A stretch of 63,913 nt of DNA, counting the filler, from Folioceros fuciformis (lineage: Eukaryota): the NCBI GenBank assembly GCA_049999805.1. It is 5 parts of 5 records of this genome, joined end to end, with 100 filler letters (N's around TTAATTAATTAA, not from the genome) between each part and the next. Parts side by side here need not be neighbours in the genome. Positions count along the whole stretch, not along the records: positions 62,044 to 63,913 come from JBNGIO010005992.1; 4 more parts are not named here. One strand, 5' to 3'. The first letter of the stretch is position 1; the number at the start of each line of letters is the position of its first letter. The position numbers were made by a program, and so were the translations under genes. The notes under the pieces were generated by a model, which was not told where the DNA came from, did not search any database, and saw nothing but the letters and a program-made list of their open reading frames with translations. Positions 62,528 through 63,913 of the stretch are shown here, piece after piece.

Positions 62528-63913
62528 TGAGAACAAAGTGATTAGGGAGCATAGCGATTCTAGGTATAGTTCTCTATGTGTCTTACAATTGAATAATTAA
62601 GTCCAAAATTCACATCAGCGTTTCTGCTTAAATAGCAGTTTATCTGCCTAACTGATTTACCCTCGAACAACCATGCCGTTTTGTCTGTGTTGACCTAGCA
62701 CTTATATTTAAATATAGTTAGGAACACTATATATGCCCTAACACCCCCTCTTAAACTAGACACTAACGGCTTTAGGTTTAGGGCAGGCGCCGCTGTACTC
62801 AGAGTAACTTGGGTGTAGGGCAGGCGCTGCCTCATTCTTCGAGTGCAGGATTGAGGGTTCACTGAGGCGGGAGGTGGAGCTTGTGCTCCGTCTTGGGAGA
62901 TCCGACTTGCGAGTGGCTGACGACTGTATGGCACTCGTAGTGTGCAGCTGGTGCTGCCGAATGGCGCCAGGGCAGTGCTGTTACTGCTCGACCAGGGTCG
63001 CTTTGTGGGCACCTGCCTTTCGGAGCTCGAGGGTCGCGGTTCATGAGGGTCGGTGTGGGGCGCATAGTGTTGCAGTGCCTGTAGAAGAGTGCTCGCGCCG
63101 CGACGCAGCCTCCTTCTTCGCAATCCTACAAGCGGTGGCTTGAGGAACCTGGTTGATGTGTGTTCGGGACGATTGTATTGGCGTTGTAGCTTCATCCGTT
63201 CGGCGAGTGGATGATTGCACTGGTATTCTTGCATGTCCCTTGGCTTCTTTTTGTGGTCTGATGTTCTTCTTTTGTGTAGCTAGCAGGTGCCAGGGTCGCA
63301 TTGTCTTGGCCGGCAAGAGGGAGGTAGGCGTGTTCAGTGCGGGAGTCAACCAGCGGGCAACATTCCGCGTTTCCCCCTCTCGTGAGCCGTATCCTGTCAG
63401 GGTTCAAGATAGGCAGAGAAGTCACCTAGGCCCAGCCCTCTCATGTGCAGGTAGTGAGCATGCTTGGGTAGGCCTTTAGTGAATATGTCCGATGTGTTCG
63501 CCTCTATGCCGGTATAGCTGACCTTGATGATACCCCTGGACACCACATCGCGTATGTAGTGGTGTTGTATCTCTATATGTTTCGTTCTGGCGTGGAAGGT
63601 TGGCCTTGCTACTAGCTCCAGGGCTGAGGTGTTGTCACATAGGATGGGAGTTGGGTTGGTCTGTGGGTGACCAAGGTCTGAAAGAAACCCTCTCTCCCAT
63701 TCTGCCTCTTTGGCTGCTTCCGTTAGTGACTTGTATTTGGCTTCGGTGGAGCTAAGGGCAACTGTGGCTTGTTTCTTGCTGCTCCAGGTGACTGCTGCAG
63801 ATGCAAGCAAGAAGCAATCGGAAGAGATGCTACGTCTAGAGTCAGAGTCGGACGCCCAGTCTGCATCCGAGTATCTAGATAAGTTGAGTTGCTAATTTCC
63901 ACTCCTCTGGTAT
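62528..63913 (-). mobile_element. Ty1/copia retrotransposon E, 3' end (RNase H, ~650-bp 3' region, PPT, ~216-bp LTR)
   Basis: SDADWASD...WSSKKQATVALSSTEAKY...CDN...HARTKHIE...DIFTK. PPT GAGGGGG (62744-62750) is followed by TGTTAG; the outer LTR boundary is inferred. Confidence 0.9.

Overview
Nuclear DNA of a land plant with a compact genome: short 60-170 nt introns and high gene density, resembling a lycophyte or hornwort (inferred). It is not one locus. Four identical 100-nt linkers (N44-TTAATTAATTAA-N44) join five separate contigs: 1-23293, 23394-41121, 41222-50576, 50677-61943 and 62044-63913. Contig 1 carries genes for a DUF1685 protein, RadA/Sms, a SAM-domain protein, MiaB/CDK5RAP1, LSF2, RETICULATA and CHR24. 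Contig 2 carries PURalpha, AIR carboxylase (PUR6), GAR synthetase (PUR2), an ACHT thioredoxin, a COL9/10-like B-box/CCT gene and a partial dirigent gene. Contigs 3-5 are nests of degenerate Ty1/copia elements with short LTRs, an Athila/Tat-like gypsy remnant and a modular G-rich satellite. The best observation is that two de novo purine biosynthesis genes (PUR6 and PUR2) sit head-to-head with ATGs only about 144 bp apart. Also notable: several GC-AG introns, a candidate peptide uORF ahead of the COL gene, a satellite with a telomere heptamer plus hairpin/G4 motif, and retroelement stop codons that all fit C-to-T/G-to-A transitions. Family calls come from recognising motifs by eye; no searches were run.
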